Positions 7,711-16,467 of a DNA stretch of 64,000 bases are shown here, piece by piece. The DNA is from an uncultured Spirochaetaceae bacterium (GTDB lineage Bacteria > Spirochaetota > Spirochaetia > SZUA-6 > Fen-1364), in NCBI GenBank assembly GCA_964437385.1, contig CAYTGX010000009.1, positions 11,219 to 75,218 on the forward strand, given 5' to 3'. The position numbers and the translations under genes were made by a program. Under the pieces are notes generated by a model. That model was not told the DNA's origin, did no database searches, and saw only the letters and a program-made list of their open reading frames with translations. How positions within the stretch are numbered: the stretch's first letter is position 1; each line of letters begins with the position of its first letter.

Positions 7711-10219
7711 ACAGAGAATAGCTCCCCGAGTGATCGAGGAGATGCGAGAGGCAATTGCCGACGCGAACGGGAATGAAGTGTTCTTTGTCGGCAAACGGGG
7801 CAGCGACGGAAAAGTGGAATCGGTGACCGTGGGGGCCCGCGGCAACGAGGAAGCGGTGCCCGTTCTCTCTCCCCACCTGGAGGAAGGGGACGTCATCATC
7901 CACAATCACCCGTCCGGCGGGCTCACACCGAGCGGGGCGGACCTGGCCATCGCCTCACGGCTGGGAAACCAGGGCATCGGCTTTTTCATCGTGGACAACC
8001 AGCTCGACGAGGTGTACGTGGCCGCGGAGCCGGTCGAAGCGCACGAGATAGCACCCCTGGACGAAGAAGAGCTGGCAGCAGGGCTTTCTCCCAATGGAGC
8101 GCTGAGCAGGCTGTATCCCCTTTTCGAGGAACGGGCAAGCCAGGTGGACATGCTGAGACTCGTGTGCCGCGCATTCAACGGAGATGAGATTTGCGCGGCA
8201 GAGGCGGGCACGGGCGTGGGGAAATCCCTCGCATATCTTCTTCCCGCGGTCGCCTGGGCTGTCCAGAACGGGGAGCGGGTGGTCGTGTCCACGAACACCA
8301 TCAATCTCCAGCAGCAGCTCATCGAGAAAGACATCCCGCTGGTCAAGAAGGTCCTCGGCCAGGACCCGAAGGTGGTGCTGGTAAAGGGACGGAGAAACTA
8401 TCTCTGCCTGCACCGCTTGAATGAAGCGATAGACGAGCAGACACTCTTCGACGAGAGGGACCCGGACCTCCTGGAGATACGGGAGTGGGCGCGTACCACG
8501 GAAACGGGCAGCCGCACCGATCTCTCTTTCTATCCTTCCGAAGAGACATGGTCCAAGGTATGCTCGGAGGCCGACGCATGTCTGGGGCTGCGCTGCGGCT
8601 TTCATGAGGGATGCTTCGTGCTCAAAGCGAGGCGCGAGGCATCCTCCGCGAAGATCCTCATCGCCAATCACCATCTTCTCTTCGCCGACCTTGCGTTCCG
8701 TATGGCCGGGTCCGGCTTCGACGACCCGGCGGTTCTGCCGCCCTTCCGCCGGCTGATTTTCGACGAAGCGCACAACGTGGAGAAAGCGGCGAGCTCTTTC
8801 TTTTCCCAGAGCTTCTCCCGTTTCATGATTCTCCGTTTCCTCGGCCGGTTGCGCCGCACACGCAAGGGCAGGGCGACCGGCCATTTTCCTGCCCTGGCCC
8901 GCAGGCTGGGGAGAAGCCCGCTCGCAAAACGGGTGCCTGAGCTCATCGAGGCGGTCACGGCCCGCGCCGAGGAGCTGGACGAGGCAGGTCTGCGGCTGAT
9001 GGGGGAGGAGAGCGCTCTGCTCCTGGACACCGAGGTGATGCCGGGCTTTCGAGAAAACCTGGGCAGCGTGCTGGGCAATCTCTCTTTTGCTATCAGGGAG
9101 CTGGGGCAAGCCTTTTCCGAGGTGTTTGAAAAGCTCGGCGCCGGCGAGCCCGAAGGCGCCCGCGAAGAGACCACCGAGCACGACCTCATCTGGGATTGCC
9201 GCGTCCAGCTCGCGCGCCTGTCCGGGATTGCCGACATCTGCGACCGGTTCCGGACGGAGGAGATCGGCGGCAATGACGTCTTCTGGATGGAAGCCCTGAA
9301 AAGCGGGCGGGGCGAGCGGGAAGGGAAGGAAAAAACGATCCGGCTTGTCATCACTCCGCTGGATATCGGGCCGCTCATGCGCGAAGCCGTCTATGAGCCG
9401 ATCAAGACCGTGCTTTTCACTTCTGCCACTCTTACCGTCGCCGGTAGCTTCTCCTTCTGGGCGGGGAGGATCGGGCTCTCCGGGTCAATCGGGCGCGAGC
9501 CGCTCTTTCACTCTTTCCCTTCTCCCTTCAACTACCAGGAGCAGGTCCTCCTGGGTGTGCCCATCGATGCCCCGTCCCCGGATTCGCCGAAGCACAAGGA
9601 GTTCCTCGCCAGATTCATTTCCAAGGCGCTTCTGAAGAGCCGCGGGGCGGGCCTCGTTCTCTTCACTTCCTATAGCCTGCTCCGCGACGTCTACGCGGCC
9701 TCACAGGAGGAATTGGGCAGGGCGGGCATACGAATGTTGAAGCAGGGTGACGACGACCGGGCCCGGCTTCTTGACGCCTTCCGGGCCGAAAGATCCAGCG
9801 TGCTTTTCGCCACTGATTCGTTCTGGGAGGGCGTGGACGCCCCCGGGGAGACCCTGCAGGTCGTCATACTGTGCCGGCTCCCGTTCAGGGTTCCTTCGGA
9901 ACCGGTGCTGAAGGCACGAATGATGGCGATCGAAGAACGGGGCGGGAATCCGTTCGGAGAGCTTTCCCTCCCAGATGCCGTGGTCCGTATGCGGCAGGGC
10001 TTCGGCAGGCTGATGCGCCGTTATGACGACACCGGGGTCGTGCTTATCCTCGATCCGCGGATCGTCACCAGGCAATACGGCGCGGTATTCCTGGACAGCC
10101 TGCCCCGCACCATGCGCTCCATTGCCCCTGCCGCCGAGGTCCTGCGCTCAGTGGCAGCGTTCTTTGGACAAAAAAAAGAGGAGGAAGACGATTCCGTCTC
10201 CTCCCCTGCTGAGGCGTGA
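7700..10219 (+). CDS. fusion protein: N-terminal RadC-like JAB/MPN domain plus DinG/XPD (Rad3) family Fe-S helicase
   Basis: IIHNHPSGGLTPSGADLAIASRL is the JAMM/RadC signature. It is followed by Walker A AEAGTGVGKS, DEAH-type FDEAHN, a four-Cys cluster (CLHRL ... CSEADACLGLRCGFHEGC) and a helicase C-terminal domain (LFATDSFWEGVD). Confidence 0.8.
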   Translation: MRAEQRIAPRVIEEMREAIADANGNEVFFVGKRGSDGKVESVTVGARGNEEAVPVLSPHLEEGDVIIHNHPSGGLTPSGADLAIASRLGNQGIGFFIVDNQLDEVYVAAEPVEAHEIAPLDEEELAAGLSPNGALSRLYPLFEERASQVDMLRLVCRAFNGDEICAAEAGTGVGKSLAYLLPAVAWAVQNGERVVVSTNTINLQQQLIEKDIPLVKKVLGQDPKVVLVKGRRNYLCLHRLNEAIDEQTLFDERDPDLLEIREWARTTETGSRTDLSFYPSEETWSKVCSEADACLGLRCGFHEGCFVLKARREASSAKILIANHHLLFADLAFRMAGSGFDDPAVLPPFRRLIFDEAHNVEKAASSFFSQSFSRFMILRFLGRLRRTRKGRATGHFPALARRLGRSPLAKRVPELIEAVTARAEELDEAGLRLMGEESALLLDTEVMPGFRENLGSVLGNLSFAIRELGQAFSEVFEKLGAGEPEGAREETTEHDLIWDCRVQLARLSGIADICDRFRTEEIGGNDVFWMEALKSGRGEREGKEKTIRLVITPLDIGPLMREAVYEPIKTVLFTSATLTVAGSFSFWAGRIGLSGSIGREPLFHSFPSPFNYQEQVLLGVPIDAPSPDSPKHKEFLARFISKALLKSRGAGLVLFTSYSLLRDVYAASQEELGRAGIRMLKQGDDDRARLLDAFRAERSSVLFATDSFWEGVDAPGETLQVVILCRLPFRVPSEPVLKARMMAIEERGGNPFGELSLPDAVVRMRQGFGRLMRRYDDTGVVLILDPRIVTRQYGAVFLDSLPRTMRSIAPAAEVLRSVAAFFGQKKEEEDDSVSSPAEA

Positions 10220-10231
10220 CTGGAGAGATCT

Positions 10232-10495
10232 CTACTCCACCTTTGCCAGCACATCGGCTGCTTTCAGGATGAGCTGCTCTTCTCCGCCGACCTTGATTGT
10301 CGTCCCGGCATACTTGTCGTAAATCACGCGATCCTTTGCCTTCACCTTGATCGCTTCATCCGTTCCGACCGCGATCACGACCCCTTCCTGGGTCTTTTCC
10401 TGTGCGGTCTGGGGAATGAGGATCCCGCCCGCGGTCTTGGTTTCCATTTCCACCATCTTCACGAGAATGCGATCTCCAAGCGGTGTTACCTTCAT
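10232..10495 (-). CDS. groES: co-chaperonin GroES
   Basis: MKVTPLGDRILVKMVEMETKTAGGILIP. The start was trimmed from 10597 to the ATG at 10495, preceded by GGGAGGA. No groEL lies downstream. Confidence 0.9.
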   Translation of the reverse strand: MKVTPLGDRILVKMVEMETKTAGGILIPQTAQEKTQEGVVIAVGTDEAIKVKAKDRVIYDKYAGTTIKVGGEEQLILKAADVLAKVE

Positions 10496-10567
10496 ATACA
10501 GTTGTCCTCCCTTGCGTTGTGCTGAGCGTTGCGCAAACTCACATTGAGTGCGAGTGATTTTAGGTTC

Positions 10568-10597
10568 AATATAGCCAAACAGCCCCGCCGACGTCAA
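10568..10597 (-). promoter_or_regulatory. putative sigma-70 promoter of groES
   Basis: Minus strand reads TTGACG, an 18-nt spacer, then TATATT, about 70 nt upstream of the groES ATG. Confidence 0.3.
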
Positions 10598-10648
10598 GGA
10601 TATCTTTCCCCTTGCCGCGGCTGGCCGGCCGGGTTATTTTATTAAGAG

Positions 10649-11329
10649 ATGTTAACATCCGGCTGGGCCATTCATTTTGACAAAGGATTGCGGTCCCTTG
10701 CCCGGCACAGGCCGGGTGACGGAGTCAAGTCCCTTCAACAGGCCCTGGAACATTGTCCACCTTCCCGCCCGAGTGACCTGTACCGCATCTGCTTCTATCT
10801 GGGAATCGGTCTGCGCCGGATGGGGTTCCCGCAATCTGCAATCAAGAGCTGGATTTCCTGCCAACGCCTGAACAAGAGGGGCCACACGCGCAAAATGCTT
10901 TCCCGGCTCACCAACTGCTATGGCATGGACCGCCAGGACTCCACAGCAGAGGACGACTGGCAGGCTTTTTCGGCGATACACACAGCCCGCTACCTGATGA
11001 GCAAAAACAAGCGCACTTTCTCAACGCGCGCGGAACAGGACATGATCAGCGATCTTATTCGTGACAACTGGGATGTCACGAGGCTTTCGGGCGCACTGGA
11101 AGGCAAGTTCGGCTGTGACAAGCTGGAGGCGTTCCGAAGCGTGAAGATCGTTTTTCCGAGCGTGGTGCGCGGTGAGCCGCGCGTCAACGAACCGGTGATT
11201 GCCGTCAACTTTCAGACGCAGCGAAGGGTAAGGCCCCGGGACCGTTGTATTTGTGGGTCAGGCCTCGCCTTTGTCATGTGCTGTGGTCGAACGCCTGGCA
11301 AAGAAGAGCTCTTGAGTGGTCTATTTTGA
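10649..11329 (+). CDS. hypothetical protein with C-terminal SEC-C metal-binding motif
   Basis: C-terminal CICGSGLAFVMCCGR matches the SEC-C CxCxSGx8CCG pattern. The N-terminal part is helical and TPR-like. Confidence 0.6.
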   Translation: MLTSGWAIHFDKGLRSLARHRPGDGVKSLQQALEHCPPSRPSDLYRICFYLGIGLRRMGFPQSAIKSWISCQRLNKRGHTRKMLSRLTNCYGMDRQDSTAEDDWQAFSAIHTARYLMSKNKRTFSTRAEQDMISDLIRDNWDVTRLSGALEGKFGCDKLEAFRSVKIVFPSVVRGEPRVNEPVIAVNFQTQRRVRPRDRCICGSGLAFVMCCGRTPGKEELLSGLF

Positions 11330-11459
11330 TTCAGAATCCAGGCGATTGTAGTAATTTGTGTCATTTTGACCCTCCTGATGGGCAAAATGAGAGTATCGGA
11401 AAGTTAGCTTTATAAAGTATTATCAGGTATATAATTATAAACAGCACTGCGTAAGGCCT

Positions 11460-11474
11460 TGGCACGTTCTTTGC
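11460..11474 (+). promoter_or_regulatory. sigma-54 (RpoN) -24/-12 promoter
   Basis: TGGCACGttctTTGC(T) matches the consensus TGGCACG-N4-TTGCW with GG-N10-GC spacing. It lies 23 nt upstream of ATG 11498. Confidence 0.65.
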
Positions 11475-11497
11475 TCTTATATAGCCACGAGGTAGAT

Positions 11498-12370
11498 ATG
11501 AGCAGTGCAGTAATGTTGGAAAAGGATCGAAAAGTTTCGAGAGCCGATGAGAACATCTTATCTCTTTACCTGAAGGAAATCAACAAAATCCCGTTGCTTA
11601 CCCGGGAAGAAGAAGAAAGGTACGCAAGACGCGCTGCAAAGAATGACAAGTCGGCCAAGGAAAGCCTGATACGGGCAAACCTTCGATTTGTGGTGAATGT
11701 TGCCAAGAAGTATCAGAATCAGGGGCTGCCCCTGGCTGACCTCATCAGCGAAGGGAACATCGGGCTGATGAACGCCATAGAGCGCTTTGACGTGGAGAAA
11801 GGCTATCATTTCATTTCATACGCCGTTTGGTGGATTCGACAGGCCATACTGAAGGCGATTTGCGAGAAGTCCAGGATGATCCGCCTTCCACTGAACAGGG
11901 CAAATGAGCTGGTGCAGATCGAAAAGGTCCGCAAGGACCTCCAGGGTGAGCAGTTTCTGGCTTCGGAAACCGACATGATCGCCAAGAAGCTCGACCTGGA
12001 CAGGGAGCATGTGTCCGACTTGATGAACATTTCGAGGGAGCTGATCTCCCTTGATACGCCGGTCTACTCGGAGAAGGATTCTTCGCTGCTCGGGGACTTC
12101 GTGGAGGACAAGAACCATACGACCCCTGATGACGTTGTAATCGCAAACTCCCTGCAGCAGGACATCAATGGGGTCCTCACTTCCCTGTCCCAGAAGGAAT
12201 CGGAGATCATCCAGTACCGATTCGGGCTGAACGGGAAGCGCCCGATGTCCCTGAAGGAGATCGGAAGCATGTACAAGCTCACCAAGGAGAGGATCCGCCA
12301 GATCGAGAAGAAAGCCATCAAGAGGCTTCAGCACCCTTCGCGCAGCCATACTCTGCGGGCCTACATGTAG
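11498..12370 (+). CDS. sigma-70 family alternative sigma factor, RpoS-like (group 2)
   Basis: Regions 1.2 to 4 are recognisable: LYLKEINKIPLLTREEE, ANLRFVVNVAKKY, DLISEGNIGLMNAIERFD, YAVWWIRQAI and LTKERIRQIEKKAIKRL. The start was set at ATG 11498 (GAGG at 11489-11492) because the track start at 11459 overlaps the promoter. Confidence 0.85.
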   Translation: MSSAVMLEKDRKVSRADENILSLYLKEINKIPLLTREEEERYARRAAKNDKSAKESLIRANLRFVVNVAKKYQNQGLPLADLISEGNIGLMNAIERFDVEKGYHFISYAVWWIRQAILKAICEKSRMIRLPLNRANELVQIEKVRKDLQGEQFLASETDMIAKKLDLDREHVSDLMNISRELISLDTPVYSEKDSSLLGDFVEDKNHTTPDDVVIANSLQQDINGVLTSLSQKESEIIQYRFGLNGKRPMSLKEIGSMYKLTKERIRQIEKKAIKRLQHPSRSHTLRAYM

Positions 12371-12393
12371 GACACTTTGTTTTTGAGGACGGG

Positions 12394-12419
12394 AAAGGCG
12401 CGGCAACGCGCCTTTTTTT
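12394..12419 (+). terminator. rho-independent terminator after the sigma factor gene
   Basis: Stem aaaggcgcg, loop gcaa, stem cgcgccttt, followed by a T run. Confidence 0.7.
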
Positions 12420-12432
12420 GCATGCCGGTCGT

Positions 12433-12461
12433 TTGACACGCCTCCTTCCCGAAAACATACT
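12433..12461 (+). promoter_or_regulatory. putative sigma-70 promoter of the GGDEF gene
   Basis: TTGACA, a 17-nt spacer, then CATACT. Confidence 0.3.
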
Positions 12462-12483
12462 CTCTCGCAGATTCGAGCAGGGG

Positions 12484-13524
12484 ATGAATTCGATGAACGA
12501 TAATCAATCCGAAGACGTACGAGCGGCAATAAAAAGGCTTGAAGAAGAGGCTGCCCGGCTGAAAAGCGAAAATGAGGGCATCCGCCTGAGCGAAGAAAGA
12601 TACCATGCCCTGTTCGAGGCCCTGCCTGTTTCCGTCCAGGTTGTGGACCGGGAGGGGATAATCCTTGAAGTGAATCCTTTTCATGTTGCACGAATGGGGA
12701 AGGGCCGCACGACACTGGCCGACTACCAGGGCCGGAATATCACGACACGCAGGAGCGTACAGGCTTCGGGTCTCACCCGGGACTACAAGGATGTGCTGAA
12801 TGGTGTGCCATTCGAAAAATCCGAGGTGCTCTACCCGGCGCTTTCCGGCGGAGGAGAGGGCTGGTACAACGTGCGCGGAGTGCCCCTGAAGAAGGGCAGT
12901 GAGATTCTCGGGGCCATCTATATCCTGGAGGACGTCACAGTGCTGAAGACGGCAAAAGACGAGCTCACGCAGGCAAATGACAGGCTCAAAGCGCACGTGG
13001 AGGAGATCCAGCGGCTCCATGCCGAATTGCGTGAACAGGTGATTCGGGATCCCCTGACCACTTTGCACAACCGACGCTATTTGAATGAAACTCTCGAGCG
13101 CGAGTTGGCCAGGGCAGGCCGGGAAAAATACAGCGTCGGCCTGGTCATGATCGATGTGGACAACTTCAAGGAGATCAACGACACATACGGGCACGACGCA
13201 GGGGACCTGGTCCTGAAGAATGTGGCTCAGCAATTGACCCGCCAGATCCGGTCAAGCGACCTGGTATGCCGGCTCGGCGGAGACGAGTTCCTGCTGGTCC
13301 TGCTGAATGCAAACGCCGCCAATACGGTCAAGCGGGCAGAGCAGTATCGCAAATCCTTTCAGGAGTCAGTCGTCGTTTTTGACGGGGTGGAAATTCGGTC
13401 GACGCTTTCTCTGGGAGTCGCCATGTTTCCCGATAAAGGCCCCGCCAGCCGCGACCTGATTGCCGCGGCAGACCGCGCGTTGTACGAGTCAAAAAGGATG
13501 GGTCGCAATCGACTCAGCGTCTAA
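12484..13524 (+). CDS. PAS domain-containing diguanylate cyclase (GGDEF)
   Basis: N-terminal coiled coil and PAS domain, then RLGGDEF with an RSSD (RxxD) I-site five residues upstream. The start was set at ATG 12484, downstream of the terminator. Confidence 0.85.
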   Translation: MNSMNDNQSEDVRAAIKRLEEEAARLKSENEGIRLSEERYHALFEALPVSVQVVDREGIILEVNPFHVARMGKGRTTLADYQGRNITTRRSVQASGLTRDYKDVLNGVPFEKSEVLYPALSGGGEGWYNVRGVPLKKGSEILGAIYILEDVTVLKTAKDELTQANDRLKAHVEEIQRLHAELREQVIRDPLTTLHNRRYLNETLERELARAGREKYSVGLVMIDVDNFKEINDTYGHDAGDLVLKNVAQQLTRQIRSSDLVCRLGGDEFLLVLLNANAANTVKRAEQYRKSFQESVVVFDGVEIRSTLSLGVAMFPDKGPASRDLIAAADRALYESKRMGRNRLSV

Positions 13525-13551
13525 AGGCGCGCGGAGGTACCATCCTGCCGA

Positions 13552-15561
13552 TTACTCTTTCGCGATTTTCTTCCAGGCATCTGCAAAGTCAGGAGTGAAA
13601 TCCTTCTCTTCTGCCTGCATGGTGAGGCAATCCTGGGGAATCTCGTCGAGAAAGGGCGACGGAAGCGCCTCCACCGGTTTGCCCATGCGCCTGCGGGAGG
13701 AACAGCAGGAGAGGAACAGCCGTTTTTGCGCGCGCGTGAGCGCCACGTAAAACAGCCTGCGCTCTTCCTCGACGTTGGCGTCACCCTCCGTGACCGACCG
13801 CACGTGAGGAATGATGTCCTTTTCGACGCCGGCCACGAAAACCACGGGAAACTCCAGTCCCTTGGCTGAATGAATCGTCATCAAGTTGACGCGGCCTCCG
13901 GTTTCCTTCGCGTCCAGGTCATCCCGACTGGCCAGGGACACGCGCGCAAGGTAGTCAAAAAGGCTGGGGTTGACGGCGTCCGGGTCCTCCTCGAAATCGG
14001 CAAGCGAGCCTGCAAGGGACTCGACATTGGCGAACTTCCATCTGACCACGTCCTTGTCCTTCGCATCCTTGTTCTCAAGAAGCAGGTAACCCCAATAGTC
14101 GATTGCCTCGACAAGGTCCCTCATCGCCTGCGCCAGCGCGGCGGTTCCTCCAAGGAACTTCGAACGGTACTCAGTGACCAGTTCGACAAACTCCCCGGCA
14201 GCCGCGCGCGATTTTTCCTCAAGGCCCAGGCCCGACTGGGTGCCGAATGCGGCGATTGCAGAGAAGAGTGAGCAATGGTGGGTTGTCGCGTACTCGGTGG
14301 CGCGTTCGAGGAGCTTCTTGCCGATGCCCCTTCGGGGCGTGTTGATGATGCGCAAGAGGCTCGTGTCGTCATCATGGTTGGCAATCAGCTTCAGATACGC
14401 CAGCATGTCCCGCACTTCCTGCCTCTCGAAAAAGCTCATGCCCCCGGAAACGACATAGGGGATGGTCTCCTCCCGGAATGCCTCTTCGATTGCGCGCGTA
14501 AGATGATTTGCCCTCACCAACACCCCGAAATCCTGCAGAAGGAAGGATTCTCTGATCATGAGGGTGCGAATTCGCGACACGATATACTCCGCCTCCTCCT
14601 GCTCGGTGGGGGCATTGAAAAGCTCGATCAGCTCCCCTTCAGGGAGCCCGGTCCACAGCGCTTTCGGTTTGCGATTGGTGTTCCGCGTGATCAGCGCGTT
14701 GGCTGCCCTGAGGATGGTCCGGGTGGACCTGTAATTCTGCTCCAGCTTTACCACGCGCACGCGCGGGAAATCATGCTCGAATCTCAGAATATTCTCATAG
14801 CTCGCCCCGCGCCAGGAGTAGATGGATTGGTCGTCGTCCCCCACGACGCAGACATTCTCTTCCGGACCCACCAGGAGCTTCAACAATTCGTATTGGGCCG
14901 ATGAGGTATCCTGGAACTCGTCCACGAGGAGATAGCGGAACCTTTCATGGATCTCTTTACGCACTTCCGGGCTCGTGCCCAGCAGTTCCAGCGGCAGCAT
15001 GAGCAGGTCGTCGAAATCCACCGCGTTGTAGAGACGGAGGTTCTTCTGGTACTCCTTGAACAGGGGCTTCAAATGCTTTGTTTCCGGGCTCCACCGGGCT
15101 CTGCCCGTCTTCAGGGAGGAGATGAATTGAGCCGCAGCCTGAAGATCGACGGACTCCCGCTTCAAACCGATTTCCCGCGCGGTCTCCCGGATCAGGCTCG
15201 CCTGGTCCTGGGAGTCGTAGATGCTGAAGTTGGCCCTGTACCCCATGAGCGAAAAGCGCTCCCTCAGCATCTGGGCGCCGAAAGCGTGAAATGTGCAGAT
15301 GGTGAGACGGACGAGCTTGCGCGGGATCAGGGCTTTCACGCGCTGGGCCATCTCCCTGGCCGCCTTGTTGGTGAAGGTGACGGCCAGTATTTCGGACTGA
15401 GGGACCCCCTGTGAAAGCAGGCGGGCGATCCTGTATGTGATCACCCGGGTCTTTCCCGAACCGGCACCAGCCACGATAAGGAGCGGCCCGTTAGTGGTTT
15501 CAACCGCCTCGGCCTGCTTGTCGTTGAGAATCGGGGGAAAATCGACTTTCATCTCTGCCAT
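13552..15561 (-). CDS. ATP-dependent DNA helicase, UvrD/PcrA/Rep family
   Basis: AGAGSGKTRVITYRIARLL (motif I), LLVDEFQDTS, VGDDDQSIYSWRGA and MTIHSAKGLEFPVVF. Confidence 0.9.
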   Translation of the reverse strand: MAEMKVDFPPILNDKQAEAVETTNGPLLIVAGAGSGKTRVITYRIARLLSQGVPQSEILAVTFTNKAAREMAQRVKALIPRKLVRLTICTFHAFGAQMLRERFSLMGYRANFSIYDSQDQASLIRETAREIGLKRESVDLQAAAQFISSLKTGRARWSPETKHLKPLFKEYQKNLRLYNAVDFDDLLMLPLELLGTSPEVRKEIHERFRYLLVDEFQDTSSAQYELLKLLVGPEENVCVVGDDDQSIYSWRGASYENILRFEHDFPRVRVVKLEQNYRSTRTILRAANALITRNTNRKPKALWTGLPEGELIELFNAPTEQEEAEYIVSRIRTLMIRESFLLQDFGVLVRANHLTRAIEEAFREETIPYVVSGGMSFFERQEVRDMLAYLKLIANHDDDTSLLRIINTPRRGIGKKLLERATEYATTHHCSLFSAIAAFGTQSGLGLEEKSRAAAGEFVELVTEYRSKFLGGTAALAQAMRDLVEAIDYWGYLLLENKDAKDKDVVRWKFANVESLAGSLADFEEDPDAVNPSLFDYLARVSLASRDDLDAKETGGRVNLMTIHSAKGLEFPVVFVAGVEKDIIPHVRSVTEGDANVEEERRLFYVALTRAQKRLFLSCCSSRRRMGKPVEALPSPFLDEIPQDCLTMQAEEKDFTPDFADAWKKIAKE

Positions 15562-15607
15562 TGTGCCTTTCTTGCTTCGGCCAGCGGCGTTACGGCGCTA
15601 AAATTGT

Positions 15608-15637
15608 TTGACACGTCCCCTCCTGGTGCCCTACTAT
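15608..15637 (+). promoter_or_regulatory. putative sigma-70 promoter (near-leaderless transcript?)
   Basis: TTGACA, an 18-nt spacer, then TACTAT. The -10 box ends 7 nt before ATG 15645. Confidence 0.3.
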
Positions 15638-15644
15638 ATCGTTC

Positions 15645-16391
15645 ATGCAATTGTTTTCGCCTTTTTGCCCGAGCTGCAGGGAGAGTCTTGCCCGCAATGG
15701 AGATTCGTTTACCTGCTCCAAGTGCGGAAGGGTGTACCCGCTGAAGAGCGGCATGGTGGACTTCCTTACCTCGTTGCCGCTCTCCGATGTTCAACAAGTC
15801 GTTCAGAATACTTTTGATGCCGTGGCTCCTTCTTATGACAACGCGATTGTGAGGCTCGTGGAGAGCCTTTCCTGCCCCTGGAGCACCTATACGGCAAGGC
15901 TTGAAGCCTTCATGGCGGATGCCGGCGGCAAAGTGATCCTCGACGTGGGGTGCGGGACGGCCTTCCCCGTGGGCTCTTTCATTCCCCAGACCTCGATCTA
16001 TCTCGGCGTGGACATCTCTCTGGAGATGCTTGGCCACGCCAAGAGCCTTCTGGGAGAGAACCTCAATGCGGCCCTCTGGAATGTCGATGTGGAGCGGATC
16101 CCGCTCCCGGACAGTTGTGTCGATCTCAGTCTCTGCCTGATGTCCTTCAATGTATTCCCCAACCCCCACAAGGCTGCCACGGAGATACACCGGGTGCTGA
16201 AGAAGGACGGAAGCGTCTACGGCACTGCATTTCTGATCTCCCCGCCGGAAGAAATCCTCAGTGAAAGACCCATCCAGGACGGCCTCATTCGGGAGGTTCT
16301 CTCCGTATTCGATCCTGCTCTCTGGGAGCTTTCCATCGAGACGGTGGGGGGTATTCTCTTTTTCCACGTTCAGAGAAGCGTCAAGGCCTGA
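15645..16391 (+). CDS. class I SAM-dependent methyltransferase with N-terminal Trm112-like zinc ribbon
   Basis: CPSCRESL...CSKCGRVYPLKSGMVDFL zinc ribbon followed by ILDVGCGTA (SAM motif I). Confidence 0.8.
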   Translation: MQLFSPFCPSCRESLARNGDSFTCSKCGRVYPLKSGMVDFLTSLPLSDVQQVVQNTFDAVAPSYDNAIVRLVESLSCPWSTYTARLEAFMADAGGKVILDVGCGTAFPVGSFIPQTSIYLGVDISLEMLGHAKSLLGENLNAALWNVDVERIPLPDSCVDLSLCLMSFNVFPNPHKAATEIHRVLKKDGSVYGTAFLISPPEEILSERPIQDGLIREVLSVFDPALWELSIETVGGILFFHVQRSVKA

Positions 16392-16467
16392 ATCGACGCG
16401 CGTCGCTCCCTTGACGCGCTGCTCCGCGCCACTTGTTTCCGCGGTGCGGTACTCCACGCCATTTGTG

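Noticed and set aside
10217-10238. AGAGATCTCT palindrome between the helicase and groES stops as a bidirectional terminator.
   Set aside because: The palindrome is only 10 bp with no loop and no flanking U/A tracts. It is more likely coincidental.
10530-10560. Possible CIRCE/HrcA operator upstream of groES (AAATCACTC-N9-GTGAGTTTG on the minus strand).
   Set aside because: Only about 10 of 18 positions match TTAGCACTC-N9-GAGTGCTAA, and the arms are not complementary. CACTC is directly repeated; only a 5-bp ACTCA/TGAGT hairpin is present.
11459-11497. ORF-track N-terminal extensions using TTG/GTG/CTG starts. Examples are 11459, 5764, 10597, 17553, 19766, 20918, 32618, 32682, 40159, 59895 and 60650.
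   Set aside because: Each extension runs through a promoter, terminator or riboswitch, or overlaps the upstream gene extensively. Each also lacks homology, and an internal start with an RBS gives the canonical family N-terminus.
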